From Macrostomum hystrix (lineage: Eukaryota > Animalia > Platyhelminthes): 64,000 bases of DNA. The notes below the pieces were generated by a model. It was not told the origin of the DNA, did not search any database, and saw only the letters and a program-made list of their open reading frames with translations. The DNA is taken from NCBI GenBank assembly GCA_950097015.1, contig CATNEN010000030.1:4402001-4466000 (forward strand), given 5' to 3'. Position 1 is the first letter of the stretch. Each line of letters begins with the position of its first letter. A program made the translations under genes and the position numbers. Of this stretch, positions 34,125 to 45,798 are shown one piece after another.

Positions 34125-36004
34125 ATTGAGGATATATTATAGTTGTCTAGGAAAAAGCTTATTTAAAAAGCTAAAACCGATAAAATTATTACAGTTAAGC
34201 AAATGAAAAATCAAAATTTGTTGCCAGAATATTGCTCTGACATTTATTGTAGACAAAAGCAGCTAAATAAAAATAAAATCACAAAATGGTTAAAGATGAT
34301 CTTGAATCTTAGTGAATTAAAAGAACTTATAAGCATTTAAAATTTACAAGCGTTTTAAACATACTTTGATAACTGAACTGAACATAACCGTGCGTTGGAG
34401 TGTCGTCGATTATTTTTCATTAATAAGTACTGAACAAAATGTGTTAAAAAAGAACTGAGGTTTGAGAAGCCTTGCTCAGGAAAAAGGGTGGTCTGAAATT
34501 AAAATTAAAATGGTGCAATTATAAATAGGATAATATACAGTAACTTATCAGCAGTACAGAGTACAAATTTAGACTAGTAGCTCACTTTAAAATGACAATA
34601 TGAAGCTTTATTAAATGCTTAATTTGTGGCTAAAGCTTATAACTGTCCCATAATTTGTTTTTACTTACATGATAATATTCTTTTTTACAGAGAATTTTTA
34701 GATGGATTTGTTTTGGTGCTTTTTGTTTATATTTCAGGTATATGTTACCATAAAACTCACGTTAGTAATTCTAACATATCCTCTGTACATTTAAAAAGTT
34801 TAGCAAATATTACTTCTAAGTAAATTTTTGAACAAAGGCAAAGGAACAAACATGAAGCATTTGACATTAGAAAAATGAAATGTTTCTAAGAATTTTACTA
34901 TATAAATTCACAACCACTTGTTTTAATCAATTCAAATTTGTTTAAAAAATGTTTTACTTAAAGTTTTTTTAAAGGAAATTGACAGAAATTTGACTATAAT
35001 TACAACAATTTAAACTATAAATATAGGCAACTAGAAGAAAGGAAAAACTACTTGTGGTTTCATACCACATTTGAATGAAATACTTAGAAGTGTTTTTTCA
35101 TTCTTTACAAATATATAGAGACGGATACTGAGAGAATTCAAAAGAGAGGGAGAAATAGAAAACATTTTTTGATCATTGGTAATGCTCTTCAGAAAACCTA
35201 TGCTCTTCAGAAATACATACATGTGATAAATTATTTAGCCAGAATTACTGAAATATACTACCTAGAAATATACTACATATGCTACTAGAATAACTAAATA
35301 TGATACCTAGAGAAACTAAATACACTACTGAGAAATAGTTATTTTTTAATATATAAAACACATTCTCAGAGACTAATTCCAAGAAAGAACTGGAGAAACT
35401 TAGAGACATTTATATTGAAATTACTTAGACATTATATTAAAATAACCTCTATAACAAATTTGGTTACATCATATCCTTCAAGTGATAATTATAGAGAACA
35501 CTAGAACAACTTTGGTGTCATAAGTAGGATATAAAAAATAAGCACTAGAACAACTTTGGTGGCATTGTGATAATAAAAAGTTTTAGAGTTTTAAATTACC
35601 CCTAGAACATAATTTTTTTATTTTATTTCTCTTGTATACATTTGTATCTTGTATACATACCTAACCCTTACCCTAACCCTTCTCTCTAAGTATTCCATAT
35701 TTGCTTTCTAGCTAGTTAATAATTAGGGAATCCACCTAATATGTTATTTCAAATGAAAAACTACAAAACACAGGTTATGCTTTTTGTGTGTAATAAACAG
35801 CTAAACTGTTTTGGCTTGTGAGGCATATATAAAAGTAGTTAACTATAACAAATTTTTTCCACTATTTTTATCAACGATCAATTGTAAAAACTTATGTTAT
35901 TTACTAGTACCTTTTATTTTAATTTATTTGCATTCCAGTGTCTTATATACCACAATTAACATTAACCTCTCATGTCTGCATTATCTGCATCGACTGCTCC
36001 AACA

Positions 36005-38382
36005 ATGCACCATCTGCCACCAGCCACAGCCCGCATGCTGAGTAGTGGTCAGGTGATTCTAGGCCCAGAGTCTGTCGTGAAGGAATTGATTGAAAATTCA
36101 TTGGATGCTAGTGCCACCAGGGTTGACATTCGTCTTGATAGTTGTGGGCTTGATCGCCTTGAAGTGTCTGACAATGGGCGAGGATTCTCGGCAGAAGATG
36201 CTGACCTTGTTGCCATGCGACACTGCACATCAAAGTTGGCTGATGACTCTGGGTTAGCCAGCCTGGCCACATATGGCTTTCGTGGCGAAGCTTTAAATTC
36301 GCTCTGCACTGTTGGTCAGCTCAGCATGGCAACGCGTTGCAATGCGGAAGAGATCGGTCGCGAGTATGCATTTGACAAGTCTGGCCAGGTTGTGTCTCAT
36401 CGAGCAGTGGCCATGCCATGCGGCACCCGGGCCACGGTGCGCCAGTTGTTCCACTGCATGCCAGTCCGGCGGCAGCAGCTGCGGGCTCCGAAACGGCTGC
36501 GCGAGTCTTTGGCCGCAGTTGAATCCGCTATTAGGTCAGCGGCTCTAGCCAATCCCAGCGTTCGACTAACGTTGCTTAGCGATGGAGAGACGCTACTTAG
36601 CCTGCCCGAGTGCGGCTGCTTGGAGGATCGAGTTCGGCAGGTGCTAAGCTACGCTGTGTGGCAGCAGATGCGCAGATTGGAGTGCAAGCTGACTAACGGC
36701 TGTGGCGCTGAAGGTCGTATTGTTGCCTTTGTACCTATCGCAGGGGCAGACAAATCTATGCTGTTTCGTAACGGAGACTTGCACTGCTTCCTACTGGGTA
36801 AGAAGTACAGTCTTTATTGGGAACTTCATTAAACTGGTAATAAATAACACAACTATGGTTACGCATAAAGATACGTATCACCTTATCGACAACGAACACT
36901 TTATATATAGAGTATAATACTATTTCTGTTCAATAGACTGTGACTGATATTTTTCTAATTCGTTTCCCCCACCCACATTTAGTAAACAGGCGCACGGTCC
37001 AATCAGCAAAGCTCATCAAAGTAATTAGGTCAACCGTTTCTGCCGCATTTGGTGTCCCCACGAAGCTGCCAGTTTGCGTACTTTCTCTGGAGCTGCCCAC
37101 AGACACTTTGGATGTAAATTTAAATGCTGCTAAGACCCAGATTGGCCTGACCAACGAAGCTGCTGTCTTGGAAGCTATCAGAGGTATGTTATCAATTGCT
37201 GCAGCGCCCACCGTTGTAGAAGTAGGTGACCAATCACTTCTTACCAATGTGTCTAACACTAAACACAGTCTTCACAGCTCGGATATTGTAACAGACCATG
37301 CTTTTACGCATCTTCATGCAGCATCAGCACCAAGTATTAGCAGTGAGAAAGGCATCCATGTGAATGCAACGGTGCCTAACACTCTTGGTTTTTCTAGTTC
37401 AAATAATCAAATACTTGGTGATAGGGCTCACCAAGTTAATGCCGCATCAACACCAGGCATTGCCACCTGGGCTACTGTAAATACCATAACATCAAGCACT
37501 CTTGTTGACCAAATTCAAAATGATGCAGCAGTCAGCGAGGCTGAAAAAGTTAATTTTTCATCAACACCTGATATAAACATCGAAGAAGCGGTCAGTATGA
37601 ATGCCACTGCAATGCTGTGTCATTTCAATTCGAAGAGCTCAGATGATCGACCTCAGTCTGCAGTTCAGGTTAAAGTAGCGGCACCGCATAATTTCAACAA
37701 AAATTTAGTCCCCACGATTGAACCTGCTGCACAGGCTGCATCGTTGGCGGTCGCTACTTTTTCAAAAACAGTTCAAAAAAATCTTGCGAGTGTTGACGTG
37801 ACTGGAGTTGCTATGCAGGGTGGAGCCATCGGCAATATGCCACTAATTGACTTGACAACAGCTGAGGATGATTCTTTGGCTTCGCCGACTCAGACAGCTC
37901 CGGCTTTGAATTCGAAGCGCAGAAGTCCAAGTCTAACGGATGCGGTAACTCCGCTGCCGGCTAAACGGCCTCGACTGACTTTGCAGCCATCGACGTCTCC
38001 ACCTTCGCCTGGTGTCTCCGCCGTGCCAGTGTATTCCGACCTAGCTTCCGTGCATAAGCGCCGTTATAGTTTGACTGCTACGTGTTCTTGCGATCGGCTT
38101 GAAAATCTGCTAGTTGACGTGCGAACTTCCGATGTTTTTAACTACTCGATGAAGCTTTCCGCTTCGCAGTCGGATATTGAACATTTCGACTGTCGTTTCG
38201 TTGGTCAAGTGTCCGATCGCTTTCTGATTGGCGTTGACTTGTCTGGCTCCTCTCTCTATGCTGCTAAGATTCCTTCGATTGACTCTGGAACTAATAACGA
38301 ACTCCGGGCGCTAGATGGGGCAGCAAATATTCGATTGTTAACGAACTGTGGTGGCAGAAAACTGCTTTGTAAGCTACCTTAA
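36005..38382 (+). CDS. PMS1: MutL-family mismatch-repair protein, PMS1-like; exons 36005-36797 and 36983-38382 (possible extra exon 38652-38692)
   Basis: GHKL ATPase motifs KELIENSLDA, VSDNGRGF, YGFRGEALNSL; N-terminus MHHLPPATARMLSSGQVI resembles PMS1; a phase-1 splice yields CFLLVNRRTV; DVNL motif. Confidence 0.8.
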
Positions 38383-39021
38383 AGTGAAACACTCGCCTCG
38401 CGTCGCAATTCATCTTGTTCGTTCTTGTATTTTTTTTTACATAAAATTTTGAAATAATATCATACAGTTTACTCCTACTAAGTATAAGTATGAGTAGCAT
38501 TTTGCGTAGAAGTAATTTCATGCTATTTTCTGCTTAAAATATACTCCTTAAACTGTACAACAGTGCGTTCAGCATTAACAGTATTTTACCAATTAGTGTC
38601 AGAAAGAATAATGCAGCTTTTCTAACAGCCAAGCAGCTATTTTGTATCTAGGTGGTTTTCATCGCGCCATTGACGTAGCGGCACCGGCATAAAAAATAAA
38701 CTGCGCTTAAAACCATCATTTTAAGAGTGCATATGCGTTTTTGCGCTATTAGTTTTTTTCTTGCCAATCTAAATATTTGCAATCGAATGAATTACAAGTT
38801 GCTTCTTTTTTTATCGTACATGCAAGCAATAAGCCATCAAAGAGTTGTCTATTAGGTCACATTCTTAAAACATTACAAGGAAAACAGAATGTGCGCGCGT
38901 TTTTGCAAATGCGCTGGTATTATGAATGAGGATAGTTCAGCTCGTACACAAATTGGTGATCATTGGTGATAAACACGAAACAGAGCTTATGATCAAACAC
39001 CTACACCATGAGGTTATTGTC

Positions 39022-39558
39022 TTACTGCTGCTCAAAAGCCTGCTGGTTGCTGGCTCTCGACTGGAGCGGCGGTGGCACAACCAGCACCGGTCGGTGCGTG
39101 TGGTGCAGCACGTAGTCGCTGACTGAGCCCAGCACAGTGCGGCGGATGAGACCGGCACCGCGACTGCCCAGAATGATGAGGTCGGCCAACTCCTCCTCGG
39201 CCGCGGCTGTTATAACTGGACCAGCGCTTCGGCCAACGCGCTCTAAAAAGCGAAGCTGATCGTCGCTGTTCTCATCGTGGATAATGCCCAACTGGCGACA
39301 GATCTGATGAGAGTCATCGGCCAGTTGCTTGGCTTCGGACACGGCTCGGTCGACCAGAGCCGTGTAGTTCTCGGCCACCGCCATGCCAGCCATGCCGTAG
39401 CCCAGGGCCAGCTCTGGCGGCTCAGTCACATTTAGCAGCAATACGGCATCGTTGGGTCTGTGAAGCATTTCGGCGTACCAGCGCAGCGCGCGCTCGCTAT
39501 GCTGACTGCCGTCAATGGCAATGAGAACCACTCTACGACTGGTACCAGTCGATTCCAT
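39022..39558 (-). CDS. Universal stress protein (UspA domain), intronless
   Basis: VLIAIDGSQHSERAL and ATP-binding GSRGAGLIRRTVLGSVSDYVLHH..PVLVVP. Confidence 0.93.
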   Translation of the reverse strand: MESTGTSRRVVLIAIDGSQHSERALRWYAEMLHRPNDAVLLLNVTEPPELALGYGMAGMAVAENYTALVDRAVSEAKQLADDSHQICRQLGIIHDENSDDQLRFLERVGRSAGPVITAAAEEELADLIILGSRGAGLIRRTVLGSVSDYVLHHTHRPVLVVPPPLQSRASNQQAFEQQ

Positions 39559-40923
39559 CTTGCAGTATATTATTGTATAGTAGTTTTCTATACACGATTA
39601 TCGAAAGTTTCTGCTCTATTTATGCGATTTTCCACCCTGACACGAAAATCGAAAGAAAATTGCAGCAGAAGGGAAAAATAACAAGGCCCACAATAATTGC
39701 CTACATCCTGTTCTGTGAACCAAATCGTCCCATAATCGCTATAGTTAGATCAAGCTACTGTACTAGCTAGCTACTGTCACAATCTACAGGCCGCCCTGTT
39801 TCCTGTCTAACCCATTGGTCAGTTCGATTTAAGATGTTTACATTTCAAATACAATATACGAGTATAAACACATACTCGTACTACGAGTACAAAACAAAAA
39901 TTGTTGCTGAACCATGTAGTCTATATCAATGTAAATTATTTGTAAACATTAATTTTAACAGAAAAATGTTTACCTAAGCAGCATTAAAGCTCACTAAAGT
40001 GTTTAAAGTTAAAATGAAAGAAACACTAGAGACAAAAAACAGCCCGCCTCAGATTGTTTCAGTAATAATCGTCTCAGAATAGAGGTGGAAAATGCACCTT
40101 GCCTTTATTACAGGATGATCAACTCCGAGAAAATAAACTAGGCGAAAGGTCATTTAAAGAGACTTTTGCGGAGCTTAATCCAAAGTTTATTTAGGTTGAA
40201 AAATGGTAAAAAAAACAAACAACAGAGTAGAAACAAACAATCAGGGTAAGTGCTACTGGTAACTCTAGGGACTGCAATTCTACAATGAAAAGCTAGCGCA
40301 GATCAGCAAGCCCTCGGCCGGTTTTGACTCTAATTAAACCGATTTCTATTAGCAGCAGATTGTAAAATGGTTTCCAGCGATTCACCATGAATACCATCAT
40401 AGTAATAGTAATGGTAATAGTAATCCAAATACCACCATAGTAATATCATAAATATTACTATGGTTTATTCAGTATATATTAGACTGGGAAGTGACAAAAT
40501 GATTAGCTTTCTATTTCTACACACGAGTCAATAAAAACACAACAGCTCCAGATTAGACAAATGATAGCATAGATAGGATTTATTATTGGGCCGTTTTAGC
40601 TTTTTAGCTTTAATAGATAACAAGCGATATAACTAACTTGAACAGTGACAGCAGGACTGCTCTATTTTAGCTTAAATGTTTATTGTGCTTGTGCAGAACC
40701 TACTTTAGAACATGGGATCGCAACTTAGCTATGCGTTTTAATTATTATAGATGATTATTAAGTTATATGTAAAAAAACTGGTGATCAAGCAAGAGGTCAG
40801 GTTGATTATTTCAAGCCAAGTTATTTGAGAACTAACTGAATTGACCGTTGAATTCCTCTTGCCATTAAGTTGCAATCTTATAGCCGTTGAAGACGCTTGC
40901 CTAGGCTGGCCAGCAAATCATAT

Positions 40924-43862
40924 TTAGGACGTGGCCTTGACTGTCATGCGCTTGAATTTGCGACGTGTGTCCATGGCTGCGGGACATTGTGTGCCTGTCA
41001 TTTAGCTAGCGTCTTACATTTAACTACCACATTCATCATTATTCATTTAACAAGCCACTAGTATCCCCAGTCATTCACTTAAAAACTGGACAAAATTTTA
41101 AATAATATATCATTACTCACCCGGAAAGCTGACATACGGCCATCCTGAAATAGAAAATACAAGTTTAGAAATAATAGAAAAGTTAAAATAGATCAGACAA
41201 TATAATACTCAATGATACTAGAGGGGTTGAGTGGACAAGCGGTTAACGCGTTTGCCTCTCACGCCAAGGTCCCTGAGCTCGATTCTGCGACGATGCCACA
41301 TTTATTTGGGGCGCAGCCTCGGAGAGAGAGCTTGAAGGCTTGTCGTGCAATTTACGCCTTTTAGGACCAACCTCCAAGGCACAGTGAAGTGTACACTGCC
41401 TGACGATGAGAAAGTCAGGGAGACGTTCACACCTGTGTGAGCGTGTGCCTGCGTAAAGTATCTGTTTGCATGTGTGCTCAGGAATCAGCGAAATGGGCAG
41501 AAATGCCCCCTCGCTGTCTGCAGGTCTAGTGTCCCCAAATGATGTGCCATTGCCTGCGGCCCTCGTGCAATAATAATAATTATTATTATGGTGGTCGCCC
41601 TATTCAAAAGCGGCACTTTATATAAGACCAATTAATTGAAGTTGCTATGCACACAGGAGGCGAATAACTACCAGGCTGATAATTGCTGTATCCGCCAGCG
41701 CCAATTGGCGGATAATTGGCATACTGCTGCTGCGGATACTGCGGCATCTCCATCTGGTGGCACTGGCGCAGCTTCTCTGCTATGAATGCGCCGGCCTGGC
41801 ACATGCCGTCAACTGAGCCGCGCACGGTGATGATGCGATCCATGCTGAAGCTGTTGCCCATCGAGTCAAAAGTGGTGATGGTTGGCGAGCTAAAAGCAAA
41901 ACGCCAGTACCGTTGCATTAGGGAATGCTATTGGTTAACAGTGGAAAGACCATGCGATTTCCCCCCTGGCGAAAGACCACGAGGGGTATTTCAAAGACCC
42001 ACTGCCCACTCCACGATAGCTCCCAAACCGAGTGACCGATTTTCGTCAAAGTCCTCCATATGAATTAAAATTTTCCGCCCTTTATTTAATGAACTAACTT
42101 TTAAAGCCACCCGAATCAGCATCGCCTAAGTAATGAACGATTGCTGTCGGAGACTGGTGACAAGGACATTAGGACAACTCACACTGCTCTGTATTAACCT
42201 CTATGGCGAATCCATATTCGTTTAAAAATGAAAAAAACACTTCAATCAACCCAAGTAGTCAATAATAATAGCCGACATGGTTCCATGACGAAATTTCATG
42301 AACAGAAAAATTGTTTATATTAATGGTTTTTGACACCAGACGACCCGACGAGAATCGTTGAATATCTAGACGATGCTGATAGTTTGTGATTCTGGATTGT
42401 TTCATCGGATTGAGCGGAATATTATAATCCGTGTTCAGGATTTTCATTGCGATTAGTTGCTTTTTTCGGAGATACAGAAAAAATGAAAATATGGGTAATT
42501 GAAATTATCTTTCTACTGTTGATAGCAAGCTTGCACGGCAAAAGAAAAGGACTCACTTGGACAGTTGAATACTGGTCTTGGTCTTCTCGCGAATCGTGTT
42601 CAAATTCTTTCCATCCTTGCCGATAATGCGGCCACAGAATCGGTCCTCAGCCAGAATGTTGAACTCGGCGTCTCTGAAAGTCAAAATATTTTGTTTATAC
42701 TTGTATCTTATTTTATTGTAGTACTCACAACAGATAGGGACTCGGTCAATCCAGGAAGCAAGTCTAATTCTATAAGCGTGGAGAGCAGAAAGCATTCCCA
42801 ACTCTTTACTTTAGTTACATACAATGAGGAAACCTTGGAGCCTTTTATCTGGGGTCTGTATTACAACTCCCAAGAAACGCTTACTCTTTAGTTTTCTCTT
42901 TTGCCTCGGCTGCGCAGATGGTTAGGATCTCCTTGCAGGCTGCGGAGCAGGCCTCTGGCGTGCCGGAGATAAACACAATCTGCCATGAGGTTAGTTGGAA
43001 CCGAGTGAATAAAATCTGTAGGAAACGTAAGGCTGGGACTTAACCTTGAATTACACGCCATATAATACTGGCTATGTTAAGTAACATAATCGGACAGGGT
43101 GTTATTTTTCTCTCCTGCTTTTTTTCTCCTTGAGACGTAGATTTTATTCTTAGCACCCTTTTCCCACTTAGGAACTGATGAGGAATAATTATCATGCTAA
43201 TGCCCTGCTCCTGACCACCTTATAATTAGAGCGTTAGATATATCGAGCAAAAATTGAAACAAATCAAGCACCTGACTATTTTGAACTTTTCGCGGTGGCA
43301 AAGTCCTGGATACAACTTCGCGCTTAACATCAATCCGAGCCTTAGAACGGTTAGTGATCTCCTTTATGGTCTCGCCACCTTTGCCTATGATGGCGCCAAC
43401 CAGTTCACTATTAACTAGCATTCGTAGCGGATAGAAGTCGCGCACTAGCACAGAGCTCAGATTGGGCGACTGCACTGGAGGGCCGCTGCGCCTCGCATTT
43501 ACATTAGCCGTGGTGTTGGTGTTGGGCCGTCTCTGATTGGCTGAGTCATTGTTAAGAGTCAGCTTCCCGCCTTGAAACTCGGAGCCATTGATCTCGGCCA
43601 CTGCTTTGTTTGCAACGTCAATTGACTCCATGGATACTACTAGGACGCCATCCTGATAGTTGTGCGGTTCAATCTTAACTACCGTTCCAAACTTAGCAAA
43701 TAGGGTCTCCAGATTTTTGTCCTCTTGTTTGCCACTGGCGCCAGTGACGCGAATTCGATGACTCTTCTTGATAGAGGTAGCAGCACTGCCTCCACTATGG
43801 GGACTGGACTGGCTGCCTCCATTTGCTGCTGCCGCCGATGATGCTTCCTTCTCACTGGACAT
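40924..43862 (-). CDS. IGF2BP: IMP/IGF2BP-like RNA-binding protein (RRM-KH1-KH2); exons 43862-43272, 42979-42885, 42673-42557, 41889-41672, 41144-41121, 40994-40924
   Basis: RRM followed by KH motifs GAIIGKGGETIK and GRIIGKDGKNLN; all junctions GT-AG with matching phases; last two exons less certain. Confidence 0.75.
41221..41590 (+). mobile_element. tRNA-derived SINE (Val-like head, (TAA)n tail)
   Basis: Head GCGGTTAACGCGTTTGCCTCTCACGCCAAGGTCCC; body motif GCCACATTTATTTGGGGCGC shared with the copy at ~49935; TAATAATAAT tail. Confidence 0.7.
41920..42230 (+). repeat. ~300-bp dispersed repeat, copy 1 (IMP intron)
   Basis: Diverged reverse-complement match to 52190-52560 (CACGATAGCTCCCAAACCGA; AACTAACTTTTAAAGCCACCCGA). 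Confidence 0.75.
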
Positions 43863-45601
43863 ATTAACTGTCCCTAAAATACCTGAAATAAATGAGCCAG
43901 ATTGAAATACTTATAATTAGAAGCAATAATGTAGAAACCATTTTCATAAAGCATAGTTTACACTGCCATCAGTGGTAATTAAATACAATGGCTCCAGGCA
44001 GTATAGCATTGGCCTTGATAACATGCCCAATTATATTTAGCAATACCAACTGTATGCACAAATAAAAATAAAATTAAGGTACATTTAAAACATATAGGCA
44101 ATTGTTATTTATGAAAAAATATAAGAAATATTTTCTATATAAAGTGATGGGTAGATTTATAACTAATTGAAATGCCTGAATAGAAAATGTCTTGTACATA
44201 GTAAATTTTGCAAAAGTAAATTCATTTTACTTTATTGTAATGACAAGTCTTTTTTGGCCAAGTACTTTGATTTGAATGTGGCTATAGATGTTCTAAAAAC
44301 CAAATTGAAATGTGCATCTATTGACATACCTGCCAAGGCATACCTAACAACACATTTCTAACTTTAGCAGCTCATAATCTAGCTTTAGAGAAAAAATATA
44401 TATTTTGTAGCAGAACATAATTTTATATTTTTACACCATGCTCATAGGCTATTGCCATAGTTTAGATCATGTTATGCTCACATTGAGCTAACATGCACAA
44501 TGTAAGCATCAGTGCATATTTTAAGGAGTTGGATATGCACCTTAAAATATATATGGTGTGCATTCAAAGCAATATCAGTATGTTATCAATACCTAATAGT
44601 TTTAATTTGTACAATAAAGTTGCAATAACAGTAAAAACCCATAAAACCTGTATACCTTATGTTTCTTAAATATTAAATTAAACATATATTTTAATCATCC
44701 AAAAATATTTCTATAAAAAGTCAACACTAATGTTTTCTAAGGTCACATTTTAAAACCTGTGAGTGTATAAAAAAAGTGCTTAAAATTTTGTAAAGGTAGC
44801 TTGAAAACATGAGATTAGAATATTTAATTGAATTTATGGCTCATTTAATGAGGGCTACATAAGAAGTATTGTAAAACACTTTTGACAGGAAAATCTCAGT
44901 TATCTAAGTATACAACTTTTTTAAATCAATTAAGTAGTCATATGCATAAATAACAACATCTTTATAGTGTTCCTGATCGAAGCTTAGATGTTACACCTGA
45001 AACAGATTGCTAACTTAAGAAAATGACAGAATTACAAATAGTAAAGCACACTTCAAAAGAGAATAACCCATTAATAAGAGTATGTTATAGGATATACAAT
45101 ACATCTGTTAAATGCTATGATTTGCATAAGAATCTGGCTAAAATTGCATTGGAATTGGCTGATTTATATCCCTTCAAGAGTAGCAAATAGACAATTTTAT
45201 GGAAGTTTAATGACTAAAAAGTTATTGTCACCAGTTCTATTTCAAAGCTAACTTTGAAATATATAAATCAGGAATGGTAGCATAAATTAATAAATGGATA
45301 TAAAAATTAATAATAAGGATGTGACTTTTGTCACAGTTACTACAAGTACACTGTGATTATCTCAATACATAACAATAGTTTTAAACATCTGTTGGGAAAT
45401 AACCATCCAGTTTTTTGGACCTAGTAATTTCAAATTGATACAAAAAATAAATTTTACATGCATAAAGTAAAAAACTTATTTTACATACTTTTAACTTGCA
45501 ATTTCAATTTAACTTGAAAAGAGCTAGACAAGGAATAAAAACAGCTGATTATAATATTACACTTAGATTTATATTTACAATTAGGCTCTATATAAAAAAT
45601 C

Positions 45602-45798
45602 ACCTTTTAAACTTTCCCGACTCCAATCCCAACTCAAATCCCAGCGGTATACCAGTATATGTAATTCGAGTTTAAGAAAATAATTCAAGTCGGAAATGGA
45701 TTTGCAAAATTTGTAATGGTCCCCCCTTACAGATTCAAGTCGGGATTTGAGTTGGGATTGGAGTCAGGAAATCCCAAGTCGGGGAAAGTTTAAAAGGT
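45602..45798. mobile_element. ~200-bp MITE-like element
   Basis: ~40-bp inverted ends ACCTTTTAAACTTTCCCGACTCCAATCCCAACTCAAATCCC, with an insertion in the right copy; TSD not resolved. Confidence 0.65.
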
